From NCBI GenBank assembly GCA_014382285.1, contig JACNKA010000124.1, forward strand, positions 1,647 through 65,646: a stretch of DNA of 64,000 bases, in the 5' to 3' direction. This DNA is from Nitrospinota bacterium. GTDB lineage: Bacteria > Nitrospinota > Nitrospinia > Nitrospinales > VA-1. This document shows, one piece after another, positions 48,931 through 56,748 of the stretch (position 1 is its first letter; each line of letters opens with the position of its first letter). Under the pieces are notes generated by a model. It worked only from the letters and a program-made list of their open reading frames with translations. It ran no database searches and was not told the DNA's origin. The position numbers and the translations under genes were made by a program.

Positions 48931-48967
48931 AATAAGGAGAAATTCTCTCAATACAGGAGTAAAAATA

Positions 48968-49231
48968 ATGCGACGTTTATCCATAGAGGTCACCCCGGAG
49001 CAACACCAACGGCTAAAAGCCGTCGCCGCCCTCCAAGGCAAGACCATAAAAGATTACGTTCTTGAACGTGCCTTGCCACAGCTCCCGGATTTGAGTTCCA
49101 TGTCCGAAGAAGAGGCGGTCAATAAACTGGAAGATTTTTTGAAACCCCGCATCGAGGCCGCAAGGAAGGGTGAATTTTCGCCCCGGTCGGTCGAACAGAT
49201 TTTTGAGGATGTACGGCAGGAACAAAAATAA
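48968..49231 (+). CDS. Ribbon-helix-helix antitoxin (ParD/CopG-like)
   Basis: 87 aa. The N-terminal RLSIEVTPEQHQRLKAVAALQGKTIKDYVLERAL is an RHH fold pattern. Its stop overlaps the toxin start (TAATG). Confidence 0.7.
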   Translation: MRRLSIEVTPEQHQRLKAVAALQGKTIKDYVLERALPQLPDLSSMSEEEAVNKLEDFLKPRIEAARKGEFSPRSVEQIFEDVRQEQK

Positions 49232-49539
49232 TGCGGCCTTATGAATTAACCAAGGATGCGGAAGCCGACTTGGAAGAAATTGCCCGGTACACAATTGAGG
49301 AATGGGGCGAAGCCCAAGCCGAAAGTTATCTGGGAAAAATCAGCCAGTGTTTTAAGAATATCACTAAAAACAAAGTAGCCTCCCGAACCTTTTCAGAAAA
49401 ATTCCCCGATGCGCAAGTCATCCGCTGCGAGCATCACTATATTTTCTATTTGTATCTCAAGGGGGAAAAGCCCATCATCTTCGCCGTTCTCCACGAACGG
49501 ATGGACATGTTGACGCGTTTAAAAAATCGTCTGGGATAA
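49231..49539 (+). CDS. RelE/ParE family toxin
   Basis: 102 aa. YELTKDAEADLEEIARYTIEEWGEAQAESYL...HHYIFY...IIFAVLHERMD is typical of ParE-type toxins. Confidence 0.8.
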   Translation: MRPYELTKDAEADLEEIARYTIEEWGEAQAESYLGKISQCFKNITKNKVASRTFSEKFPDAQVIRCEHHYIFYLYLKGEKPIIFAVLHERMDMLTRLKNRLG

Positions 49540-49657
49540 AAATCGGATTTATATTTCCTGATCCGTAAGGGTCGGCGAGCCGCCGTTGTTAACATCCCCA
49601 ACATTTGGAGTTTTGTAGCACTCAAAAAGCCTGAAAAGTCCCCTCCACGGGTGGTGG

Positions 49658-49673
49658 TGCCGAGGGCCGGAAT
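49658..49673. repeat. 16-nt copy of the tRNA-Leu 3' end (att remnant)
   Basis: TGCCGAGGGCCGGAAT is identical to 42811-42826. Both carry G where the intact tRNA gene has A. Confidence 0.5.
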
Positions 49674-49679
49674 GAGTTG

Positions 49680-49730
49680 TAGCTTGTTCAGCCGAGACCA
49701 GATTTTCTTGCCCAAAAAAGATATTGCTAT
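49680..49730. repeat. Fragment of the dispersed repeat family between the att remnant and the tRNA
   Basis: TAGCTTGTTCAGCCGAGACC...AAAAGATATTGCTAT matches the left part of copy A at 13351-13397. Confidence 0.55.
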
Positions 49731-49750
49731 TTTCCTCTCCCGTGAGGGAG

Positions 49751-49834
49751 TGCCGAGGACCGGAATCGAACCGGTACGAGGTTACCCTCGAGGGATTTTA
49801 AGTCCCTTGCGTCTACCAATTCCGCCACCCCGGC
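49751..49834 (-). tRNA. tRNA-Leu (anticodon UAA)
   Basis: Minus strand reads GCCGGGGTGGCGGAATTGGTAGACGCAAGGGACTTAAAATCCCTCGAGGGTAACCTCGTACCGGTTCGATTCCGGTCCTCGGCA. It folds by hand into a cloverleaf: 7-bp acceptor (one G-U), anticodon loop CTTAAAA, long variable arm CGAGG-GTAA-CCTCG, T-loop TTCGATT. CCA is not encoded. Confidence 0.9.
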
Positions 49835-50033
49835 TCAGGTGTTCATGCTTTTAAAGAAATTTCCGGCTGGAATTGGGGTTCACCGGAGTTTGTAGTGAGG
49901 GATGTTAACAGTTTCCATTTAAAATTCCAACTGCCAACAGTATCAATTTTTTTAATTTCTGCCTCAAACCCACATTGTATCCATCCCCAATTTCATCATA
50001 GAATGAAAAGTTCACAACCACTTTAATGAAACA

Positions 50034-50894
50034 TTGAGGAACTTTGCTTTGAGGGATCCTAAACGAATATTAAAGAAACTGCTGGGACCGGAAGCAACCG
50101 TCGAACCTTTTGCGGAGACTGGCGAACCTTTAGAGCAAACGGTCGCAACGTTTCGCGATGTGGTCAAATGCCGAAAAATCCGCGACTACGTGCAGGAGCA
50201 ATTTGGCTTCAACCTGGCCTTTTCACCGGAGGTTTTTCATGGCCTACTCAACATCCCGCAAATCAATTATATTGAAACGACAAAAAGAGACCTGGAAGTG
50301 GAAACAGTCTCTCTAAAAGAAATCCGTTCTCCCGACTCCCCCGTCACCATCGCTAATTTGAATTCGGTTCTGCGGGAACTCTATGCCAACCTTTTCCTGA
50401 TCAAGGAACGCATCAGTAAGGACTTCCCCAATGCCGTTTTAATCAACGAAATGCGCACCGAGCATATTGACCGGGTCCAGCACCTCGTTAAAACCATTGC
50501 GGTATTGCACGGTAACCTGACCGGGTATCTGCTCACCAGCTGGAAAGCAGGACGCATCGAAAAAGAGTTCCGGTCTCTTTTTCCCAACTCAATAAAGGCG
50601 CACCCTCTTCGCAGCACCTTCCCGCTCATTGAGCATGAACTCGAACTGTATCGCGAGGTTCTTAAAACTCAGAATAAATGGAAAGCAATAGAACTCGACC
50701 TGTTCGCCATAATTCAGCACCCTCAAGGTATTAACCCGCTGCTCGAAAATATCCAGGAAATGGGCAACCGGCTATGGCAGATCATTTATCAGAGTTCCGA
50801 CATACGGCAATGTGTAGACCTTGCGGGAATTGACTTTGGGGATATCCAACCACTGTTCGATAACGATAAAGTAGCCTTGAATCCCTCAGGCTAA
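50034..50894 (+). CDS. Hypothetical protein (TTG start in track)
   Basis: 286-aa ORF with ordinary composition and no recognised motif. Confidence 0.5.
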   Translation: MRNFALRDPKRILKKLLGPEATVEPFAETGEPLEQTVATFRDVVKCRKIRDYVQEQFGFNLAFSPEVFHGLLNIPQINYIETTKRDLEVETVSLKEIRSPDSPVTIANLNSVLRELYANLFLIKERISKDFPNAVLINEMRTEHIDRVQHLVKTIAVLHGNLTGYLLTSWKAGRIEKEFRSLFPNSIKAHPLRSTFPLIEHELELYREVLKTQNKWKAIELDLFAIIQHPQGINPLLENIQEMGNRLWQIIYQSSDIRQCVDLAGIDFGDIQPLFDNDKVALNPSG

Positions 50895-50974
50895 CCACTC
50901 GGCGTGGGGCCGATATGGCGGAGCAAACTCATCAAGCCGAGATAAATCTTTGTTAGCCAGATAAAGCATGGCTA
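50895..50974. repeat. Dispersed repeat family copy between convergent gene ends
   Basis: CCACTCGGCGTGG is the reverse complement of the CCACGCCGAGTGG module. It is followed by AAGCCGAGATAAATCTTTGTTAGCCAG, which matches 15799-15825. Confidence 0.55.
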
Positions 50975-50995
50975 CTAGCTTCCCTCGCTAGAGGA

Positions 50996-51544
50996 CTAGC
51001 CTTTGACTTGGAAGCCTTCTATTTTGTCCAATAGCAGGTGTTTAACGGTAGACATTTTTTGCGCTTCCAGGAGGGCATTTTTTCCCTCTTCCCTAAGTCG
51101 GTTGAGGCGCAAATCGAGACGTACAAGGTTGGTAAAAAGAGGCATGAATTTCGCTAAAACCACGGCTCCCTCATCGGTGATTTCATTATCCGTGAGGACG
51201 AGGTTCTGCAAGCTCAAAAGATTGTCTGAAACTGCGATGTATTTAACCCCTTCGTTGCCCAACCGATTATAAAACATATTCAGCGAAGTCAGGTTAACCA
51301 GCACTTCAGACTGGGCAATATATTTTGCCCCTTTAGCACCACATAAATTCGTGCCAAAAGCCAGATGTGTGAGGGGTCGCAAAAACTCCATGCGAGAGAT
51401 GTCCTTGGCACCATATTCTTTCAAATAAGTAGCGGTGAGATCAAGGGTTTTGCCATCTTTGCTCAAATTCATTCGAACAATCGATTCGGTCGCAGCCATG
51501 ACCCTTTCCTGCCCCATGGCGGTCTTATTACCACTGTAATCCAT
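50996..51544 (-). CDS. Leucine-rich repeat protein (ribonuclease-inhibitor-like LRRs)
   Basis: About 28-aa repeats: LTSLNMFYNRLGNEGVKYIA, LQNLVLTDNEITDEGAVVLA, LVRLDLRLNRLREEGKNALL. Confidence 0.7.
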   Translation of the reverse strand: MDYSGNKTAMGQERVMAATESIVRMNLSKDGKTLDLTATYLKEYGAKDISRMEFLRPLTHLAFGTNLCGAKGAKYIAQSEVLVNLTSLNMFYNRLGNEGVKYIAVSDNLLSLQNLVLTDNEITDEGAVVLAKFMPLFTNLVRLDLRLNRLREEGKNALLEAQKMSTVKHLLLDKIEGFQVKG

Positions 51545-51899
51545 AATTCCCTTTCTCCAGCAAATTAAAACTCAATACGGCTTCCCCGGTTTGGGTCGAA
51601 CTTTTGACGATGCCTCGATTATACACCGGTTTGAGGTTCACAGGCAACTACTCGGCGTAGGGTCAGTTGGCAACCCACTCCAGAAATAGGCTCCACGCCT
51701 TTGGCGCTCAAATCAGCGACACCGGCCCATTGCCCATTCAACCAAGATCACCCTTTTTTCGCGGAAGTGATATTTGACCTCATGTCTCGTGCCCCGCAGG
51801 GGTAAAAAGATATTGCAGTTGCCCCTACGGCTAGTAGTGGATTTTTTGCTGAAAATAATTTAAAATGCGGACTAAACCTCAATTTAGGGAGTAGATGGT

Positions 51900-52433
51900 A
51901 TGGCTGGATTATACAGAACCGAGACTGAAATGAGTCTGGGTAATAACGTAATCGTAACTCAAATGACCCAGGCCATAAACTGGGCACGAAAATATTCTTT
52001 TTTTATCTATCCCTTCATCACCGCATGTTGCGGAATGGAGTTCATGTCTGTAGCCGGCCCCCGGTACGATCTCGATCGAATGGGTGCAGCGTTTCCCCGG
52101 TTTTCACCGAGGCAGGCCGACCTGCTCATGGTCGTTGGAACCATCAGCCACAAACAGGCCCCTATTCTCACCAAGGTCTACAACCAGATGACTGAACCCA
52201 AATGGGTGGTTGCTTATGGAGTGTGCACGGTTTCCGGCGGGTTCTACGACAACTATTCCACTGTGATGGGAATTGACACCCTCATCCCGGTCGATGTCTA
52301 CATTCCAGGATGCCCACCAAGGCCCGAAATGGTGATCGATGCGCTGATGAAATTGCAGGACAAAGTGCAAGGGGAAACCTTGGAAGACCACGTCAAAGGC
52401 CCGGCTCTCGTCACCCCCGCCAGCAAACTCTAG
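51900..52433 (+). CDS. nuoB: NADH-quinone oxidoreductase subunit B homolog (NuoB / NiFe-hydrogenase small-subunit-like), orphan
   Basis: INWARKYSFFIYPFITACCGMEFM...RQADLLMVVGT...GVCTVSGG...IPGCPPRPE. All four cluster N2 Cys ligands are present. Start could be 51900 or ATG 51930. Confidence 0.8.
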   Translation: MAGLYRTETEMSLGNNVIVTQMTQAINWARKYSFFIYPFITACCGMEFMSVAGPRYDLDRMGAAFPRFSPRQADLLMVVGTISHKQAPILTKVYNQMTEPKWVVAYGVCTVSGGFYDNYSTVMGIDTLIPVDVYIPGCPPRPEMVIDALMKLQDKVQGETLEDHVKGPALVTPASKL

Positions 52434-52534
52434 CCAGCGTGACGCTGGACCCAGCGAGCAACAGCTCAGTTGGCAGGCAAAATGTTACCTCGGCTTGATG
52501 ACGAACTCTTTCTATCTGCCTCCCCTGTAAGAAG

Positions 52535-53029
52535 TCAGAGACCCCGTTCGGACAACCCCTCATAATTATCAGGACGACGACCTGGCGGCCAGTAAAATTT
52601 ACGCTCCTTTTCATTAATAGAAAGGTCATTGATGCTGGCAATACGCCTGTGCATGAGACCGTTCTCATCAAACTCCCAGTTCTCGTTGCCATACGAACGA
52701 AACCAGGAGCCAAAAGCATCACGCCATTCATAAGCAAATCGTACAGCGATGCGTGCATTATCAAAGGCCCACAGTTCTTTGATCAGGCGGTAGTCGTGTT
52801 CCTTCGACCACTTGCGTTGAAGGAACTGCACAATAGCTTTACGCCCCGACAGAAACTCCGAACGATTTCGCCAAACACTATCAGGGGTATAAGCCAGCGC
52901 AACTCGTTCAGGATCACGCATATTCCAGGCGTCTTCCGCCATTCGCACTTTCTGAGACGCTGTTTCCTGTGTAAACGGTGGGGTTGGGAGTCGAACACCC
53001 AGGTTTATCGACATTTCATTCTCCGGCAC
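52535..53029 (-). CDS. DUF1348 / SnoaL-like (NTF2 fold) protein
   Basis: [32 protein letters not shown]...IAVRFAYEW...[13 protein letters not shown] matches my recollection of the DUF1348 family. Confidence 0.65.
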   Translation of the reverse strand: MPENEMSINLGVRLPTPPFTQETASQKVRMAEDAWNMRDPERVALAYTPDSVWRNRSEFLSGRKAIVQFLQRKWSKEHDYRLIKELWAFDNARIAVRFAYEWRDAFGSWFRSYGNENWEFDENGLMHRRIASINDLSINEKERKFYWPPGRRPDNYEGLSERGL

Positions 53030-53060
53030 TAATTAATTATAGTTATTCAGGTTGTTGTGT

Positions 53061-53672
53061 TTACCGGTTCACGGTTTCCTGCTTTAACAACTCTGCCTTC
53101 AGTCTATTTATTTCTTCAGTCAAAGGTTGCGTCAACGCATCGACCTGTTCCTGCGTGAAACGGGGTCGGATATGCTTGGGGCAGTTCACGTCCCAGGCTT
53201 CCACTGTGAAAGTGATGACACGTTCAGGGCGCGCCTTGTAGTCGGGGCTGGTGACCTGAGCCGTCAAGCTGGCATCATCTTCGACAACCCTGGCCCTGCC
53301 CCAGACTTTGACCCGCCGCTGATTTTCATAATCCATCAAAAAAATGAAGGCCCGGTTGTTCTCTGACAAATTTCCCAGAGTGACGTATTGGCGGTTGCCT
53401 GAAAAGTCGGCAAAGGCCAGGGTTTTTTCATCCAGAACTTTGAGAAACCCTTTCTCCCCTCCCCGGTGCTGGATATAAGGGTGCCCTTCAGAACTTGTGG
53501 TCGCCAGATAAAAGGAATCCCGCTCAGCAATAAAACCTTTAAGGTCTGGCGAAACCTCATCTTTCCAGCCACCCTTTTCTTCCATGCTGGCGTATCCTGC
53601 ACGCGAGCCAAACCGCTCCTGCTGAGACTTCACCGCAGGCGTGAACGCAATGTCGCTGACTGGTGTCTTCAT
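53061..53672 (-). CDS. Pyridoxamine 5'-phosphate oxidase-like FMN-binding protein
   Basis: FYLATTSSEGHPYIQHRGG...FADFSGNRQYVTLGNL...RVKVWGRARV is typical of the PNPOx-like split-barrel. Confidence 0.7.
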   Translation of the reverse strand: MKTPVSDIAFTPAVKSQQERFGSRAGYASMEEKGGWKDEVSPDLKGFIAERDSFYLATTSSEGHPYIQHRGGEKGFLKVLDEKTLAFADFSGNRQYVTLGNLSENNRAFIFLMDYENQRRVKVWGRARVVEDDASLTAQVTSPDYKARPERVITFTVEAWDVNCPKHIRPRFTQEQVDALTQPLTEEINRLKAELLKQETVNR

Positions 53673-53734
53673 GGTTTTTTCCTTTCATATAAAAAATAAC
53701 GGGCCCGAAAAAAGTTTTTCCGGGCCCGCAATAT

Positions 53735-54280
53735 TTAGCTTGAAACCAACTCTTCAACCTTGGGGAAGTCGTTGAGTGTCCCAACCACATTATTAAAATA
53801 GTTGCTGAAAATAGTGAACACCACCAAAGCAATGATCTCGGTGACCTCTTCATCCGAGTAACCGGCTTCGTGCATTTCTTTCACTTCTTCCGTCGCCACA
53901 GCCCCGCGGGTTTCCAAAATGCGACCGGCAAACTTTAAAGCCGCATTGGTTTTAGCGTCTGGCGACTGGCCCAGCCTTCCGTCTCGCACTTCCTCATCGC
54001 GCAACCCGGCTCCCTTGCTCAGAGCGCAATGGACCGACACACAATAAGCACAACCATTGGATTCAGAAACATGAAGCGATATCTGTTCCTTCAAATGTGC
54101 AGACAAAACTCCTGTGCTCAACAGGTTCCAGAAGTTCAAATAAGCCTCCGCCACAACAGGAGAGTGCGCCATCGTCTTGATCATATTGGGTACAGTGCCC
54201 AGACTGGCTTCCACTTCCCGATAAATGTCCTTAACCCTGCCACTCGCTTGTTCTGTTTCAATCGCCTGAATTCTTTGCAT
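53735..54280 (-). CDS. Carboxymuconolactone decarboxylase/AhpD-family peroxidase-related protein
   Basis: SESNGCAYCVSVHC CxxC motif in the AhpD-like helical fold. Confidence 0.75.
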   Translation of the reverse strand: MQRIQAIETEQASGRVKDIYREVEASLGTVPNMIKTMAHSPVVAEAYLNFWNLLSTGVLSAHLKEQISLHVSESNGCAYCVSVHCALSKGAGLRDEEVRDGRLGQSPDAKTNAALKFAGRILETRGAVATEEVKEMHEAGYSDEEVTEIIALVVFTIFSNYFNNVVGTLNDFPKVEELVSS

Positions 54281-54317
54281 GATGATCTCCTTTTTTTAAA
54301 GTTAGTTTTAATTAAAA

Positions 54318-55055
54318 TCAAGCCCTGCCATGAACATATCCACCATCTACAGGCAGGATCACGCCTGTCACAAAACTGGAAGTGGCAAGATTGAACACCA
54401 CCTCGGTAATTTCCTGCACCTCGCCGACCCGGTTCATCAACGTAGTCCCACCATAAGAGTCAACATCCAAATCTCCCCATATTGGAGTCCGAATCGTCCC
54501 GGCGGCCACCGCGTTGACACGGATATTGTCGACCGCCAGTTCACTGGCCAGACTGGTGGTCAGGGCGTGCACACCGCCTTTGGTGCTCAAAGCAGCGCTT
54601 GAGGGAAAGCTCGCAGTCGGATGGAGGACCAGCACCGTTCCGATGTTCACAATACTTCCGCCGCCCTGCTGCTTCATTTGCCGCACTGCGGCCTGACTCA
54701 CGAAATAGGTTCCCTTAAGATTGATATGGATGAATTTGTCGATATCCTCTTCCGTGTTTTCCAGAAAAGGTTTCACCCCATAAATCCCGGCGTTGTTGAC
54801 CAGCACATCAACACCGCCAAAACGTGCAACCGCCGTGCGCACCATCTTTTCACCCGTCTCCTTGTTGCCGATATCTCCTGCAACCAGGGCAATGCGGCTT
54901 TCATCCCCCAAAGTACGGGCCGCGGCAGAAAGCTTCTTTTCATCTCTGGCGTTCAACACAACGTTGAACCCTTTTTCCAGAAACCCCCTGGCAACATCGA
55001 GACCAATTCCACTGGAAGAACCCGTCACCAACACTGTTTTACTTTTCTCACTCAT
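54318..55055 (-). CDS. Short-chain dehydrogenase/reductase (SDR)
   Basis: VLVTGSSSGIGLDVA cofactor motif and NNAG. 245 aa. Confidence 0.85.
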   Translation of the reverse strand: MSEKSKTVLVTGSSSGIGLDVARGFLEKGFNVVLNARDEKKLSAAARTLGDESRIALVAGDIGNKETGEKMVRTAVARFGGVDVLVNNAGIYGVKPFLENTEEDIDKFIHINLKGTYFVSQAAVRQMKQQGGGSIVNIGTVLVLHPTASFPSSAALSTKGGVHALTTSLASELAVDNIRVNAVAAGTIRTPIWGDLDVDSYGGTTLMNRVGEVQEITEVVFNLATSSFVTGVILPVDGGYVHGRA

Positions 55056-55099
55056 CCCTAACCTCCAGTTTAAAAATTAACAAACTTATTACCCTCAAT

Positions 55100-55115
55100 A
55101 GCAGATAGTGTGCCA
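55100..55115 (-). promoter_or_regulatory. Sigma54 (-24/-12) promoter for the SDR/AhpD-like/PNPOx-like/DUF1348 gene string
   Basis: Minus strand reads TGGCAC-ACTAT-CTGCT (GG and GC at correct spacing), 45 nt upstream of the SDR start codon. A divergent sigma54 activator gene is adjacent. TCGTAAT direct repeats lie at 55194 and 55211. Confidence 0.6.
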
Positions 55116-55277
55116 AAAAACAGAAGGCCAATAAAAACCTTTATTTGCATACAGTTAGGGCAGTGGAGAGGCGGGTCACGATAATTCTATATTTCGTAAT
55201 TTATAAAATATCGTAATAAAAATTTGATTTTTCGTGTAAAGTGGGTGGCAAGTACACCACCAATTGGAAAAGCGACA

Positions 55278-56702
55278 ATGAAATATCCCACTCAACTCAT
55301 TCTCGATTCTGCCGGCGAAGGCATTTATGGGCTGGACACTGAGGGCCGCACCACCTTCATCAACCCTGCGGCCCAGAAGATGACCGGCTACTCAGCAGAA
55401 GAAATGATCGGTGCCTGCCAACACAAAATGGTGCACCATTCCAAACCTGATGGCACTCCTTACTCAAATCTGGACTGCCCGATTTATGCGGCTTTTAAAG
55501 AGGGGAAAGTTTACAAAGTTTCTAACGAAGTGTTCTGGAGAAAGGATGGCACCTCCTTCCCCGTTGACTACACCAGCACGCCCATGTTGAAAAATGGTAA
55601 ATGCGTTGGGGCAGTAGTGGTTTTCAATGACATCAGCCAACGCAAACAGGATGAAGAAGAAATACAAAAACTAAAGCAACAACTGGAACTGGAAAACGCT
55701 TATTTGAGTCAGGAAGTTCTGGAGGCCAAGGCTTATGGAGAAATCATCGGCAGGAGTCCGGCACTGGGGGCCATTTTAAGTCAGATAGAACTGGTCGCCC
55801 CCACCGAAGCCAATGTGCTCATCACTGGCGAATCGGGGACAGGCAAAGAGCTGGTGGCTCGCGAGATACACAACCGCAGCTCGCGCAAACAAAGAACACT
55901 CATTAAAGTCAACTGCGCTTCCATTCCTAAAGAACTATATGAAAGTGAATTTTTTGGTCACATCAAAGGTGCCTTCACCGGTGCGATCAAAGACCGGGCC
56001 GGCCGATTCGAAATGGCCGAGGGAGGCACCTTGTTTCTCGATGAGATCGGGGAGATCCCTTTGGACTTGCAAAGCAAATTACTGCGAGTACTTCAAGAAG
56101 GAACTTACGAAAAGGTGGGGGACGACAAAACCCGTCAGGCCGATGTTCGCATTATCGCAGCCACCAACCGCAATCTAAAAGAGGACGCTCAGGCAGGGCG
56201 TTTCCGGCAAGACCTGTTTTACAGGCTTAACGTGTTCCCCATTGAGGCACCTTCGCTTCGCGAACGCATGGAAGACATTCCTTCCCTGACGGCCCACTTT
56301 CTAACGACCGCTTCGCAAAAACTGAATGTCCCCTCGCCAAAAATCACACAGGCAAATTTGAACGACCTGCAAGCCTATGACTGGCCGGGAAATATCAGGG
56401 AACTGCAAAACGTGCTGGAGCGGGCCGCAATACTTTCGAAGGGGGGAAAACTTTTATTAAATCTACCGACCCAAACTCCCGAAAAAAAAATTAAAACCAC
56501 AGTAGCTAGAAATGAAGACAACGTATTCACTGATGAAGAAATGAAACTACGTGAAAAGGAGAATCTTCTAAGAGCCTTGCAACAATGTGGTGGAAGGGTC
56601 ACTGGAGAAAATGGTGCCGCAGAGGTTCTGAAAATGAAACCCACCACGCTTTACTCGCGCATCAAGAAATTCCGGGCCACACCCGGTGGGAACGAGGCAT
56701 AA
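55278..56702 (+). CDS. Sigma54-dependent transcriptional activator (PAS - AAA+ - HTH)
   Basis: PAS domain ([22 protein letters not shown]), Walker [15 protein letters not shown] loop, ESEFFGH, and a C-terminal Fis-type HTH. ATG 55278 is preferred over TTG 55224. Confidence 0.85.
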   Translation: MKYPTQLILDSAGEGIYGLDTEGRTTFINPAAQKMTGYSAEEMIGACQHKMVHHSKPDGTPYSNLDCPIYAAFKEGKVYKVSNEVFWRKDGTSFPVDYTSTPMLKNGKCVGAVVVFNDISQRKQDEEEIQKLKQQLELENAYLSQEVLEAKAYGEIIGRSPALGAILSQIELVAPTEANVLITGESGTGKELVAREIHNRSSRKQRTLIKVNCASIPKELYESEFFGHIKGAFTGAIKDRAGRFEMAEGGTLFLDEIGEIPLDLQSKLLRVLQEGTYEKVGDDKTRQADVRIIAATNRNLKEDAQAGRFRQDLFYRLNVFPIEAPSLRERMEDIPSLTAHFLTTASQKLNVPSPKITQANLNDLQAYDWPGNIRELQNVLERAAILSKGGKLLLNLPTQTPEKKIKTTVARNEDNVFTDEEMKLREKENLLRALQQCGGRVTGENGAAEVLKMKPTTLYSRIKKFRATPGGNEA

Positions 56703-56748
56703 CTCGTTTGGCTAGTTGCGGATTATCTCGGCTTGAGGTAGGCTCTCT

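Larger units (their letters stand above)
42811..49750. mobile_element. Putative integrase-less genomic island at the 3' end of tRNA-Leu(UAA)
   Basis: Bounded by tRNA 3'-end repeats at 42811-42885 and 49658-49673, next to the intact tRNA. Cargo is the nuclease-NTPase giant gene pair and a ParDE-like TA pair. An AT-rich arm with repeated TTATTGAT lies at 42885-42930. Confidence 0.55.

Noticed and set aside
42886-49657. Higher GC content of the island as evidence for horizontal transfer
   Set aside because: Spot counts on a few 60-nt lines gave 40-62% inside against about 48% outside. That is too noisy to claim and needs a proper sliding-window calculation.
54621-55061. 146-aa plus-strand ORF (and 54793..55080) opposite the SDR gene
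   Set aside because: Shadow ORFs. The SDR on the minus strand has its canonical cofactor motif.
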